The translations under genes were made by a program, and so were the position numbers. Under the pieces are notes generated by a model. The model was not told the origin of the DNA and searched no databases. It saw nothing but the letters and a program-made list of their open reading frames with translations. From Gemmatimonadales bacterium (GTDB lineage: Bacteria; Gemmatimonadota; Gemmatimonadetes; Gemmatimonadales; Gemmatimonadaceae), in NCBI GenBank assembly GCA_038324385.1, contig JBBQHX010000001.1:1-50985 (forward strand): a stretch of 50,985 nucleotides of DNA, in the 5' to 3' direction. How positions within the stretch are numbered: the stretch's first letter is position 1; each line of letters opens with the position of its first letter. Below are positions 1-8,666 of this stretch, piece by piece.

Positions 1-1197
1 AAGCGCGAGAAGCTGATGAAGGAACTCGCCAAGGATCAGGTGCGCACCGGCGTTGTCAAGAACATCACCGACTTCGGCGCCTTCATCGACCTCGGCGGCG
101 TGGACGGACTGCTCCACATCACCGACATGTCGTGGGGGCGCATCTCGCACCCCAACGAGATGGTGCACATCGGGCAGGAGCTCGAGGTCAAGGTCCTCGA
201 CATCGACTGGGAGCGCGAGCGCATCTCGCTCGGCCTCAAGCAGCTCCAGGCCTATCCGTGGAAGGACGTCGCCGACAAGTACCCCGTCGGCACGCGCGTC
301 ACGGGCAAGGTCGTCTCGATCACCAACTACGGCGCGTTCATCGAGCTGGAGCCGGGCATCGAAGGCCTCGTGCACATCAGTGAGATGAGCTGGACCCGAA
401 ACGTCAGGCACCCGTCCAAGCTTGTCTCCATCGGTGAGACGATCGAGGCCGTGGTCCTGAAGGTCGATCCGGACGAGGAGAAGATCTCGCTCGGTATGAA
501 GCAGACCGAGCAGGATCCGTGGATGGTGCTGCCGCTCAAGTACCCGGTCGGCACGCGCATCAACGGCAAGGTCCGCAACCTGACGAGCTTCGGCGCCTTC
601 GTCGAGATCGAGCCGGGCATCGACGGCCTCATTCACATCTCCGACATGTCCTGGACGAAGCGTGTCCAGCACCCGTCAGAAGTCGTGAAGAAGGGCGATG
701 CGGTGGACGTCGTGATTCTCAACATCGATGCGGAGAACAAGCGCATCAGCCTCGGCCTGAAGCAGGCGGAGGAGGATCCGTGGCTCCGCATCGGCGAGAC
801 CTTCCCGGTCGGCCTCGAGATGCAGGCCGCGATCGTCCGCCTGATGGACAAGGGCGTCGTCGCGGATCTCGGCAACGACATTGAAGGCTTCGTGCCGTCG
901 AGCCAGCTCAACGCCGGCGAAGCGGTCGAGGATGTGGCGGAGTTCGCGTTCGAAGGGATGAAGCTCGACGTGCGCGTGCTGGAGGTGGATCCGATTCACC
1001 GCCGCATCGTGCTCACGGTGCTCAACATCCCCGAGGACCAGCCGCCCCGCCCGGAGCCGTCCGAGGTCGTGCTCTCGTCGGATGACGACGAGATGGCCGG
1101 TGGTGACATGAGCGACGCTGGCGACGATACCGTTGCCGACGCCGACGCCGATGCAGACGCAGATGCAGCGGCCGACGCGGAGCCGATCGAAGGCTGA
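1..1197 (+). CDS. rpsA: 30S ribosomal protein S1, 5'-truncated by window edge
   Basis: The frame is open from base 1 (KREKL precedes the first Met at 16). It has four repeated S1 OB-fold motifs (G.V..IT.FGAF..L..G..GL.HIS.MSW). It ends in an acidic (Ala-Asp)n tail; stop at 1195-1197. Confidence 0.95.
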   Translation, partial: KREKLMKELAKDQVRTGVVKNITDFGAFIDLGGVDGLLHITDMSWGRISHPNEMVHIGQELEVKVLDIDWERERISLGLKQLQAYPWKDVADKYPVGTRVTGKVVSITNYGAFIELEPGIEGLVHISEMSWTRNVRHPSKLVSIGETIEAVVLKVDPDEEKISLGMKQTEQDPWMVLPLKYPVGTRINGKVRNLTSFGAFVEIEPGIDGLIHISDMSWTKRVQHPSEVVKKGDAVDVVILNIDAENKRISLGLKQAEEDPWLRIGETFPVGLEMQAAIVRLMDKGVVADLGNDIEGFVPSSQLNAGEAVEDVAEFAFEGMKLDVRVLEVDPIHRRIVLTVLNIPEDQPPRPEPSEVVLSSDDDEMAGGDMSDAGDDTVADADADADADAAADAEPIEG

Positions 1198-1210
1198 TCG
1201 TCGCGCCTGC

Positions 1211-1256
1211 ATGACAAGGGGGCTCCGGACCATGCGGTCCGGAGCCCCCTTGTCAT
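1211..1256. terminator. Perfect 20-bp stem / 6-nt loop palindrome between convergent rpsA and the PEP-CTERM gene (candidate bidirectional terminator)
   Basis: atgacaagggggctccggac (1211-1230), loop catgcg, gtccggagcccccttgtcat (1237-1256) is the exact reverse complement. There is no clear T-tract on either side. Confidence 0.6.
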
Positions 1257-1278
1257 ATGAGTCATCGTGCGGCGCTGA

Positions 1279-1995
1279 TCAGAGCTCGTGTGCGGAACGA
1301 CGGCGCCGCGCGAACCGGGCACCGCCAAGCGCGACGAGACCCGACGCAAACAGCACCATGGTCGCGGGCTCAGGAACGACGGTCGGATCGGGTCGAATGA
1401 ATCCGCCGGCCGGAATGTTGTCGGTGTCCGCCTGGAACTGCAGGTTACCGGCGAGCGCCGTTCGGAAGCTCACGTCCAGCGTCGTGAATAGATCGCCCAT
1501 GAGCGCTTCGCCCGTCACGCGAACCTGGTTGCGGTAGGTGGCGAGCGAATTGTTGAGATCGCCGCCTATCACGGTGAAGGCGCGTCCGAGAGCCGAGCCC
1601 GTCGTCCCCGAGGTAGTGCCGTCGATATCGAAGACGGTCCTACCCGGAACGCCATTCAAGACGAGCCGATTCAGCCCGGACCCGTACAGATTCATCAGCG
1701 TCCACGGTCCGCCAAACGTATCGCCGGCGCTGGCGAAGGCGAGGCTGAAGAAGGCGTTGCTGACGCCGAAGTTGCCGCCTCCCAGATCGCCCCAGGCTCC
1801 CCCGGTGCTTGAGCCATCGGTAAAGAAGGCGCTGACGGACATGCCGCTCATCCCGGCGCCGCTCGTGGTGAAGCTCGTGAGGCCGGAGATCTCGAACGTG
1901 GTGCCCGGATCCGTGGCGATCGTCTGAGCCGGGAGGGCGACCGCCGATGCGCTGAGTGCGCTGACGGTCAACAGTACTGCGATACTGGGTCGCAT
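1279..1995 (-). CDS. PEP-CTERM sorting-domain secreted protein (putative exosortase substrate)
   Basis: ORF 1279..2340 trimmed to the ATG at 1995, where MRPSIAVLLTVSALSASAVALPAQT looks like a signal peptide. The C-terminus VPEPATMVLFASGLVALGGARFARRRR is a PEP motif plus TM helix plus Arg cluster. The body is Gly/Ser/Thr-rich. Confidence 0.8.
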   Translation of the reverse strand: MRPSIAVLLTVSALSASAVALPAQTIATDPGTTFEISGLTSFTTSGAGMSGMSVSAFFTDGSSTGGAWGDLGGGNFGVSNAFFSLAFASAGDTFGGPWTLMNLYGSGLNRLVLNGVPGRTVFDIDGTTSGTTGSALGRAFTVIGGDLNNSLATYRNQVRVTGEALMGDLFTTLDVSFRTALAGNLQFQADTDNIPAGGFIRPDPTVVPEPATMVLFASGLVALGGARFARRRRSAHEL

Positions 1996-2476
1996 GCCTG
2001 ATCCTCGAAGAGAGTGGTGGATCCGGATCGCTGCCAGAGGGAAGCGTCGTAGTGGATCCGCGATTGTGAGGGACGAGCCGGTGGGGACATCGCGCACCCT
2101 CAGCGGTGTCCGTGCATGCGCAGAGCGACGTCGATCCGCGCTATGAACCTGCCGGCGTCGGCAGGTGGTGGAGGGGGGACTTCCTGTCCAGTCCCCCATC
2201 GCCACGAGCGCGATTCTACCCCCAGATCGGCGAAAACGCAAATCGTCCGTACGGGATCCGCGCGGCCGGCGCCCGGTGTGTCCGATGCTCAGCCCACGCG
2301 ACGCCGGCACTGCAGCCGTCCTCGTTCCCCTCCTTGCCACACGTTCCTAGATCGACGCCTCGCGGAGACGCCACCTCGCTCGCTCAACCCGCCCGCGTAG
2401 CGTCACGACCAGCCGGCGGCGGAGATGCCGCCGGTTTGTACTCCCATCCGTCGCCTGTGGGGAGTAGCTTCCCGAC

Positions 2477-4021
2477 ATGTCGATGACCGAGAAACTGACG
2501 CTCCTTGAGCGCCGGCGCGCCGAGTCCGAGCTCGGCGGCGGTGCCGCCCGCGTGAAAGCCCAGCACGACAAGGGAAAGCTCTCCGCCCGCGAGCGGCTGG
2601 ACGTGCTCCTCGACGAGGGCAGCTTCGTCGAGATGGACCGCTTCGTCACCGCGCGGTCGGGCGAGAACGGCACGGCGCCGATCTACGGCGACGGCGTCGT
2701 GACCGGCTACGGCCGCATCGAGGGGCGAATCGTCTATGTCTTCTCGCAGGACTTCACGGTGTTCGGCGGCTCGCTCTCCGAGGCCCACGCCGAGAAGATC
2801 TGCAAGATCATGGATCTCGCCGTGCGCAACGGTGCGCCCGTCGTCGGCCTGAACGACTCGGGCGGCGCGCGAATTCAGGAAGGCGTAGTCTCCCTCGGCG
2901 GCTATGCGGACATCTTCCTCCGCAACACGCTCGCGTCAGGCGTCGTGCCGCAGATCTCCGCCATCCTCGGTCCGTGCGCCGGCGGGGCGGTCTACTCGCC
3001 CGCGATCACCGACTTCATCTACATGGTGCGTGGGATCTCGTACATGTTCGTCACCGGTCCGAACGTCGTGAAGACGGTGACACACGAGGACGTGACGATG
3101 GAGGTGCTCGGCGGCGCGGACACGCACGCCGAAACGTCCGGCGTCTCGCACTTCACGCACGCGTCGGAGCTCGAGAGCCTGAGCGCGATTCGTGAGCTGT
3201 TCCGCTACATCCCGTCCAACAACCTCGACGACGCCCCCCGAGGACGGAGCACCGATCCGCGGGACCGGCGTGACGACGGGCTGCTCACGGTGGTGCCGGA
3301 CAATCCGAACAAACCGTACGACATGCACGACGTCATCAGAATGCTCGTGGATGACGGGGAGTTCTACGAGGTGCAGGCGGCGCACGCCGCGAACATCATC
3401 TGCGGCTTCGCGCATCTCGGCGGGTACAGCGTCGGCATCGTCGCCAACCAGCCCGCCGTGCTCGCGGGTGTGCTCGACATTGCCGCGTCGGTCAAGGCAG
3501 CGCGCTTCATCCGCTTCTGCGACGCGTTCAATATCCCGATCGTGACGCTCGAGGACGTGCCGGGGTTCCTGCCGGGCGTGGCGCAGGAGCACGGCGGAAT
3601 CATCAAGCACGGCGCGAAGCTGCTCTTCGCGTACTGCGAGGCGACGGTGCCCAAGCTGACGGTCATCACGCGCAAGGCGTACGGCGGCGCGTACGACGTG
3701 ATGAGCTCCAAGCACATCCGCGGCGACTTCAATGTCGCGTGGCCGACGGCGGAGATCGCCGTGATGGGGCCCAAGGGCGCTGTCGAGATTCTCTATCGCA
3801 AGGAAATCGCCGAGAGCGATGACCCTGTCGCTGCGACCGATGCGAAGATCGACGAGTATCGGCAGAAGTTCGCGCATCCATATATCGCCGCCGGCCGCGG
3901 CTATCTCGACGACATCATCGATCCGCGCGACACACGGCCGCGCCTGATCGATGCGCTCGACTCGCTGCAGCGGAAGCGCGACCGCAACCCGCCGAAGAAG
4001 CACGGCAACATTCCGCTGTAG
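2477..4021 (+). CDS. Acyl-CoA carboxylase carboxyltransferase (beta) subunit, PccB/AccD5/MmdA family
   Basis: 514 aa. The N-terminus ([47 protein letters not shown]), the GGARIQEG motif and the duplicated carboxyltransferase halves are typical of propionyl-/methylmalonyl-CoA carboxyltransferases. Substrate cannot be told from sequence alone. Confidence 0.92.
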   Translation: MSMTEKLTLLERRRAESELGGGAARVKAQHDKGKLSARERLDVLLDEGSFVEMDRFVTARSGENGTAPIYGDGVVTGYGRIEGRIVYVFSQDFTVFGGSLSEAHAEKICKIMDLAVRNGAPVVGLNDSGGARIQEGVVSLGGYADIFLRNTLASGVVPQISAILGPCAGGAVYSPAITDFIYMVRGISYMFVTGPNVVKTVTHEDVTMEVLGGADTHAETSGVSHFTHASELESLSAIRELFRYIPSNNLDDAPRGRSTDPRDRRDDGLLTVVPDNPNKPYDMHDVIRMLVDDGEFYEVQAAHAANIICGFAHLGGYSVGIVANQPAVLAGVLDIAASVKAARFIRFCDAFNIPIVTLEDVPGFLPGVAQEHGGIIKHGAKLLFAYCEATVPKLTVITRKAYGGAYDVMSSKHIRGDFNVAWPTAEIAVMGPKGAVEILYRKEIAESDDPVAATDAKIDEYRQKFAHPYIAAGRGYLDDIIDPRDTRPRLIDALDSLQRKRDRNPPKKHGNIPL

Positions 4022-4080
4022 CCGTTCGGCCTGCGTTCACGCATCGCGCGATCGTCCCGCGTTTCCCACACCCGTCGCAC

Positions 4081-5631
4081 ATGTTCTCCAAAGTCCTCAT
4101 CGCCAATCGCGGCGAGATCGCCCTGCGAATCGTGCGCGCCTGTCGCGAGCTCGACATCGCCGCGGTGGCCGTCTATAGCGACGCGGACGCCGACGCGCCT
4201 CACGTGCGCGCGGCCGATGAGGCAGTGCACATCGGTCCCGCGCCGAGCGCGCAGAGCTATCTCGTCGGCGATCGGATCATCGAGGCCGCCCAGCGGACCG
4301 GCGCCGAGGCGATCCATCCGGGCTACGGCTTCCTGTCGGAGCGGGAATGGTTTGCGCGTGCGGTGCGGGACGCCGGGCTGGTCTGGGTGGGCCCGCCGGC
4401 CGAGGCGATCGCGGCGATGGGAAGCAAGACAGCCGCCCGCACGCTCGCCATCGCGGCCGGTGTCCCCGTGGTACCCGGGACGCAGACGGCGTTGCGCGAT
4501 GCCGACGAGGCGCTGGCGGTCGCCGACACCTTTGGCTATCCGGTGCTGCTCAAGGCCGCGGCCGGCGGCGGCGGAAAGGGAATGCGCGTGGTGCGTGAGG
4601 CGGGCGAGCTGCCGGCCGCGCTCGACGCCGCTCGTCGTGAGGCACGAAATGCCTTCGGCGACGATGCGGTCTATGTCGAGAAGTACATCGAGGGCCCGCG
4701 CCACGTCGAGGTGCAGCTGCTGGCCGACCAGCACGGCACCACGCTGCACTTCGGCGAGCGTGAATGTTCCATTCAGCGCCGTCATCAGAAGATGATCGAG
4801 GAGGCACCAAGCGTCGCCGTCGATGCCGAGTTGCGGGCGCGCATGGGCGCGACCGCGGTCGCGGCCGCGCGCGCGGCGGGCTACGTCAACGCCGGCACCT
4901 GCGAGTTCCTGCTCGATCGTGACGGCGCGTACTACTTTCTCGAGATGAACACTCGCATCCAGGTCGAGCACCCGGTCACGGAACTGGTGATGGGCATCGA
5001 CCTGGTACAGTGGCAGTTACGGGTCGCCGCCGGGGAGCGCCTACCATTCGTGCAGGACGACATCTCGCCGCGCGGCTGGGCGATCGAATGCCGCCTCACG
5101 AGCGAGGATCCGGCGAACGGCTTCCTCCCCTCGACGGGGCGCATCACGCACCTCGAACTACCGGCGGGGCCGGGTGTGCGCTGGGACGGCGGCATCGTTG
5201 CGGGCAGCGAGATCGGACTTTCGTACGATCCGATGCTCGCAAAACTGATCGTGCACGGCGCCACACGCGCCGAAGCCATCGCCCGCATGCACCGCGCGCT
5301 GCTCGAGCTCACCATCGATGGGGTCGAAACGTCGCGCGACTTCCATCTGCGTGTCATGGAACACCCTGACTACCGCGCGGGCAACGTGTCGATCCAGTGG
5401 CTCGAGCAGAACCTTGCCGCACTGACGCAGGCCGCGCCGCCGGTGGCGGGGGTGCGCGTGGCGGCGATCGCTGGCGCACTGTTCGCCGAACGCGAGCGCT
5501 CCGCGCGGCTCTCCGGCGGATCGGCGGTGGCGGGCGCGGTGCGCGGGGGAGGAGGCGCGGCCACGTCAGGCACCGGCGGGTCGGACGCCTGGCGGCAGGC
5601 GGCGCGGCGCGAAGGAATGCGCGGATCATGA
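4081..5631 (+). CDS. Biotin carboxylase subunit of acyl-CoA carboxylase (AccC/PccA-N type) with a ~75-aa Ala/Gly-rich C-terminal tail and no BCCP domain
   Basis: MFSKVLIANRGEIALRIVRACRELDI..., ATP-grasp motifs (GYPVLLKAAAGGGGKGMRVV; EMNTRIQVEHPVTE). The tail from about 5400 is low complexity. Confidence 0.93.
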   Translation: MFSKVLIANRGEIALRIVRACRELDIAAVAVYSDADADAPHVRAADEAVHIGPAPSAQSYLVGDRIIEAAQRTGAEAIHPGYGFLSEREWFARAVRDAGLVWVGPPAEAIAAMGSKTAARTLAIAAGVPVVPGTQTALRDADEALAVADTFGYPVLLKAAAGGGGKGMRVVREAGELPAALDAARREARNAFGDDAVYVEKYIEGPRHVEVQLLADQHGTTLHFGERECSIQRRHQKMIEEAPSVAVDAELRARMGATAVAAARAAGYVNAGTCEFLLDRDGAYYFLEMNTRIQVEHPVTELVMGIDLVQWQLRVAAGERLPFVQDDISPRGWAIECRLTSEDPANGFLPSTGRITHLELPAGPGVRWDGGIVAGSEIGLSYDPMLAKLIVHGATRAEAIARMHRALLELTIDGVETSRDFHLRVMEHPDYRAGNVSIQWLEQNLAALTQAAPPVAGVRVAAIAGALFAERERSARLSGGSAVAGAVRGGGGAATSGTGGSDAWRQAARREGMRGS

Positions 5632-7028
5632 GCAAGAAGCCCGAGCGCGGCTTTCGCCGCCACGCACGCAAGTCCGCACGCGCTGAGGCGGTGGCGAATC
5701 GGCCGGCCGAGCCCACCCGGTCGGTGCAGGTGGCCGTGCACGCGATTGCCGCCGGTGGTGATGGCGTCGCCCGCGCGGACGGACTCGTCATCTTCCTGCC
5801 GCGCACCGCACCGGGCGACGAGGGGACAGCGGACGTGGTCGTGCGGAAGAACTTCGCGCGAGGGGAGATGCGGGTGCTCGATCGCGCCTCGCCGGATCGT
5901 GTCACCCCCGGCTGTGCCCATTACGTGAAGGACCGGTGCGGCGGCTGCCAGTTGCAGCATATCAGCTACCCGGCGCAGCTCGAAGCCAAGCGCATGATCG
6001 TCCGCGACGCACTCGCCCGGATCGGCGGCCACGCGGTCGATGCGCCACCCGTCGCGCCGAGTCCTGAGCCGTGGCGGTACCGCACGAAGCTGACGCTGGC
6101 CCTTCGCCGCACGGTCGAACGGCCCGCCGGCGCGACGGGGCTGGCCGCCGCGTCGATCGGCTGGCGGGCGGGGTTGCATCCGTACGACGACCCCTCAGCC
6201 GTGTTCGCGCTCGAGGACTGCCCGATCACTGACGAGCGGGTGCTCGCCGCCTGGTCAGCCATCCTCGCCGCCGGTCCGTTACTGCCGCACGCGGATTCGC
6301 TGCGGGGGGCCGTGCGCCTGACGAGTGCGGGCCCCGCGCTGGTGGTGCAGGGCGGACGGCGCTGGGCGGCCGCGGCGGACTTCGCCGCCGCCGTGCCCGA
6401 GCTGGCCGAGCTCTGGTGGGCGCCGGACGGTGAGCGTCCTCGGCTGCTGGCCACTGGTGCCGGCGAAACGCGCACCGACGCGACGGCGCCGTCCGACATG
6501 AGCGATGCGGGCGGCGGGCCCGGCGCCTCGTTTGCGCAGGTCAACACCGCGGTCGCCGACGAGCTCCGGGCAACGGTCGAGGCCCTCGTGCTCGCCCACC
6601 GGCCGGCGCGTGTCGTCGATGGCTACGCAGGAACGGGCGAGTATGCCCGTCGCCTCGCCGCCGCCGGGGTTCTGGTCACCGCACTGGAGCGTGACGAGGC
6701 CGCGGTCGCCTGGCTGACCGATCGGCTGCCGGCTGGCTCGCGTACCGTGGCCGGTGCGGTCGAGGACACGCTCGCCGGCGCGCTCCCGGCCGACGTCGTC
6801 ATTCTCAATCCGCCCCGAGGCGGGGTCGACGCCCGCGTGACCGCGCTGCTCGCCTCGGCGCGCTCGGGCCTTCGGGCGATCGTCTACGTGAGTTGCGACC
6901 CGGCGACCCTTGCCCGCGACATCGCCCGACTCCCCGGCTGGCGCATCGCCAGCCTGCAGACCTTCGACATGTTCCCGCAGACCGCGCACGTCGAGACGGT
7001 GTGCGAGCTCGTTCCCGAGGCGCTATGA
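5628..7028 (+). CDS. 23S rRNA (uracil-5-)-methyltransferase, RlmD/RumA (TrmA) family
   Basis: ATG at 5628 overlaps the upstream stop (ATGA). TRAM-like N-domain; Cys cluster CAHYVKDRCGGCQLQH plus a downstream Cys (EDCPI). SAM motif VVDGYAGTGEY; catalytic IVYVSCDPATLARD; FDMFPQTAHVETV. Confidence 0.85.
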   Translation: MSKKPERGFRRHARKSARAEAVANRPAEPTRSVQVAVHAIAAGGDGVARADGLVIFLPRTAPGDEGTADVVVRKNFARGEMRVLDRASPDRVTPGCAHYVKDRCGGCQLQHISYPAQLEAKRMIVRDALARIGGHAVDAPPVAPSPEPWRYRTKLTLALRRTVERPAGATGLAAASIGWRAGLHPYDDPSAVFALEDCPITDERVLAAWSAILAAGPLLPHADSLRGAVRLTSAGPALVVQGGRRWAAAADFAAAVPELAELWWAPDGERPRLLATGAGETRTDATAPSDMSDAGGGPGASFAQVNTAVADELRATVEALVLAHRPARVVDGYAGTGEYARRLAAAGVLVTALERDEAAVAWLTDRLPAGSRTVAGAVEDTLAGALPADVVILNPPRGGVDARVTALLASARSGLRAIVYVSCDPATLARDIARLPGWRIASLQTFDMFPQTAHVETVCELVPEAL

Positions 7029-7528
7029 AGTACATCGTGGAGGTCAACGGCGATCGGCTCGAGGTTGCGCTCGACGACGGCATGGCGGCGCTCGGTGCGG
7101 GTGAGGCGGTGCGCGCCTCCGACGCCGAGAGCGCCGGGCGTCCCGTACGGCTGGTGACGATCGACGGGGTGCAGCATCGCGTCCATGTGCGCGCTCATCC
7201 CGGCCGCGGCCGCTATACCCTCTGGATCGACGGCTGGCGCTACGAGGTCGATGCGCTCGACGAGCGCCAGCGCGCCATCCGCGACCTGACCCGCGCCTCG
7301 GCGGCCGCCGCCGGCCCCGCCCCGGTCGTCGCCCCGATGCCGGGGCTGGTGGTCCGCGTGGCCGTGGCCGTCGGAGACGTGGTGGCCGCGGGCGACGGGC
7401 TGGTCGTGATGGAAGCGATGAAGATGGAGAACGAGCTGCGAGCGACCAGCGCCGGTACGGTGACCCGGGTGCTGGTCGAACCGGGCACCGCCGTGGAGAA
7501 GGGCGCCGTCCTGGTCGAGCTTGCCTGA
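7025..7528 (+). CDS. Biotin carboxyl carrier-type protein (biotinyl domain with EAMKME motif) with a ~90-aa N-terminal beta-rich domain
   Basis: ATG at 7025 overlaps the rlmD-like stop (ATGA). The C-terminus PMPGLVVRVAVAVGDVVAAGDGLVVMEAMKMENELRA...GAVLVEL is a biotin/lipoyl attachment domain. Confidence 0.85.
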   Translation: MKYIVEVNGDRLEVALDDGMAALGAGEAVRASDAESAGRPVRLVTIDGVQHRVHVRAHPGRGRYTLWIDGWRYEVDALDERQRAIRDLTRASAAAAGPAPVVAPMPGLVVRVAVAVGDVVAAGDGLVVMEAMKMENELRATSAGTVTRVLVEPGTAVEKGAVLVELA

Positions 7529-7540
7529 GGCGGCGAGTCG

Positions 7541-7569
7541 TTGACACTCGCGCGCGATCTGTCTAGCTT
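7541..7569 (+). promoter_or_regulatory. Candidate sigma70-type promoter for rplM-rpsI (TTGACA-17 nt-TAGCTT)
   Basis: TTGACA at 7541-7546, 17-nt spacer, TAGCTT at 7564-7569, about 95 nt upstream of the rplM ATG. The -10 matches only 3/6. Confidence 0.3.
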
Positions 7570-7663
7570 GGATGACTGTGCATAAAAACGCCCTCGTGGC
7601 GGCCGAGACCCGGGTTGCAATACGCACCGGTGAGGCGCTGGACCCATCGTTTGGCTGACGGAC

Positions 7664-8113
7664 ATGAAAACGTATACCGCAACGCCCAAGGACATCGACC
7701 ACAAGTGGTTTGTGGTCGACGCCGAGGGAATGGTGCTCGGCCGGCTCGCCGCCGAGATCGCGAAAGTTCTTCGCGGCAAGCACAAACCGATGTACACGCC
7801 CCACATGGACACGGGCGACAACGTCATCGTCATCAACGCGAGCAAGGTGCGCGTGACGGGACGCAAGGCGGAACAGAAGGAATACTTCCGCCACACGGGC
7901 TACATGGGCCACGAGCGCTACACGCCGTTCGCGACCATGCTCGCCAAGCATCCCGAACGCATCATCGAGAAGGCGGTCTACGGCATGCTGCCGAAGACGA
8001 CGCTCGGCCGTCAGGTCCTGCGCCGCAAGCTCCGCGTGTACGCGGGCACCGAACATCCGCACCTCGCGCAGCAGCCTGAGACGATGACCTTCAAAGCGAC
8101 CGGGGCCAAGTAA
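7664..8113 (+). CDS. rplM: 50S ribosomal protein L13
   Basis: [59 protein letters not shown] is a canonical L13 N-terminus; 149 aa. Confidence 0.97.
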   Translation: MKTYTATPKDIDHKWFVVDAEGMVLGRLAAEIAKVLRGKHKPMYTPHMDTGDNVIVINASKVRVTGRKAEQKEYFRHTGYMGHERYTPFATMLAKHPERIIEKAVYGMLPKTTLGRQVLRRKLRVYAGTEHPHLAQQPETMTFKATGAK

Positions 8114-8508
8114 TGGCGGACATGAACAATCTCCACGCCGTCGGCCGTCGGAAGGAAGCCGTCTGCCGCGTCTATCTCCGCCCGGGCTCCGGGAAGTGGG
8201 AGATCAACGGTCGCACGCTCGGGGACTACTTCCCCCGTCCGACGCTCGTGTCGATGATCCAGCAGCCGTTGGCCGCCACGGACACCCTCGGCACCTTCGA
8301 CGTCAAGGCGAACATCGCCGGTGGCGGCATGAGCGGACAGGCCGGCGCGCTGCGCCTCGCCATCGCCCGTGCCCTCGTCATCCGTGACGAGGAAGATCGC
8401 AAGAAGCTCCGCGATCTCGGCCTGCTCACGCGTGATGCGCGTGCGGTCGAGCGCAAGAAGCCGGGTCGTCCGAAGGCCCGCAAGCGCTTCCAGTTCTCGA
8501 AGCGCTAA
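8113..8508 (+). CDS. rpsI: 30S ribosomal protein S9
   Basis: The start ATG overlaps the rplM stop (TAATG). GGGMSGQAGALRLAIARAL ... RKKPGRPKARKRFQFSKR is a canonical S9 C-terminus. Confidence 0.97.
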   Translation: MADMNNLHAVGRRKEAVCRVYLRPGSGKWEINGRTLGDYFPRPTLVSMIQQPLAATDTLGTFDVKANIAGGGMSGQAGALRLAIARALVIRDEEDRKKLRDLGLLTRDARAVERKKPGRPKARKRFQFSKR

Positions 8509-8517
8509 GAGAACGAC

Positions 8518-8555
8518 GGTGCCGCGTGCCGGGGATGCTCCCGGCGTGCGGCACC
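8518..8555 (+). terminator. 16-bp stem hairpin after rpsI (terminator/attenuator candidate)
   Basis: ggtgccgcgtgccggg / loop gatgct / cccggcgtgcggcacc (two G-U pairs), followed by tgttgct. Confidence 0.5.
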
Positions 8556-8666
8556 TGTTGCTCTCCATCTCTCACGCGTTCCTGAGTACGAGTCCGGGTC
8601 CGGCACCGCCGGAGGCTCGTACAGTGATGGACGCGGACGTGTACAACCCCATCGAGGCTTTCCCCC

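Noticed and set aside
5397-5627. Longer 5' extensions offered by the ORF track: 5397 for the methyltransferase, 13897 for rseP, 6893 for the BCCP protein, 10326 for pyrH, 32641 for proS, 34125 for lysA, 39549 for dus, 40178 for larB, 2340 for the PEP-CTERM gene, 38573 for the lipoprotein, 40520 for ptsN.
   Set aside because: The extended parts overlap the preceding recognised gene in another frame and translate to Arg-rich junk. Homology-like sequence begins at the internal starts I used, which usually sit exactly at the upstream stop codon.
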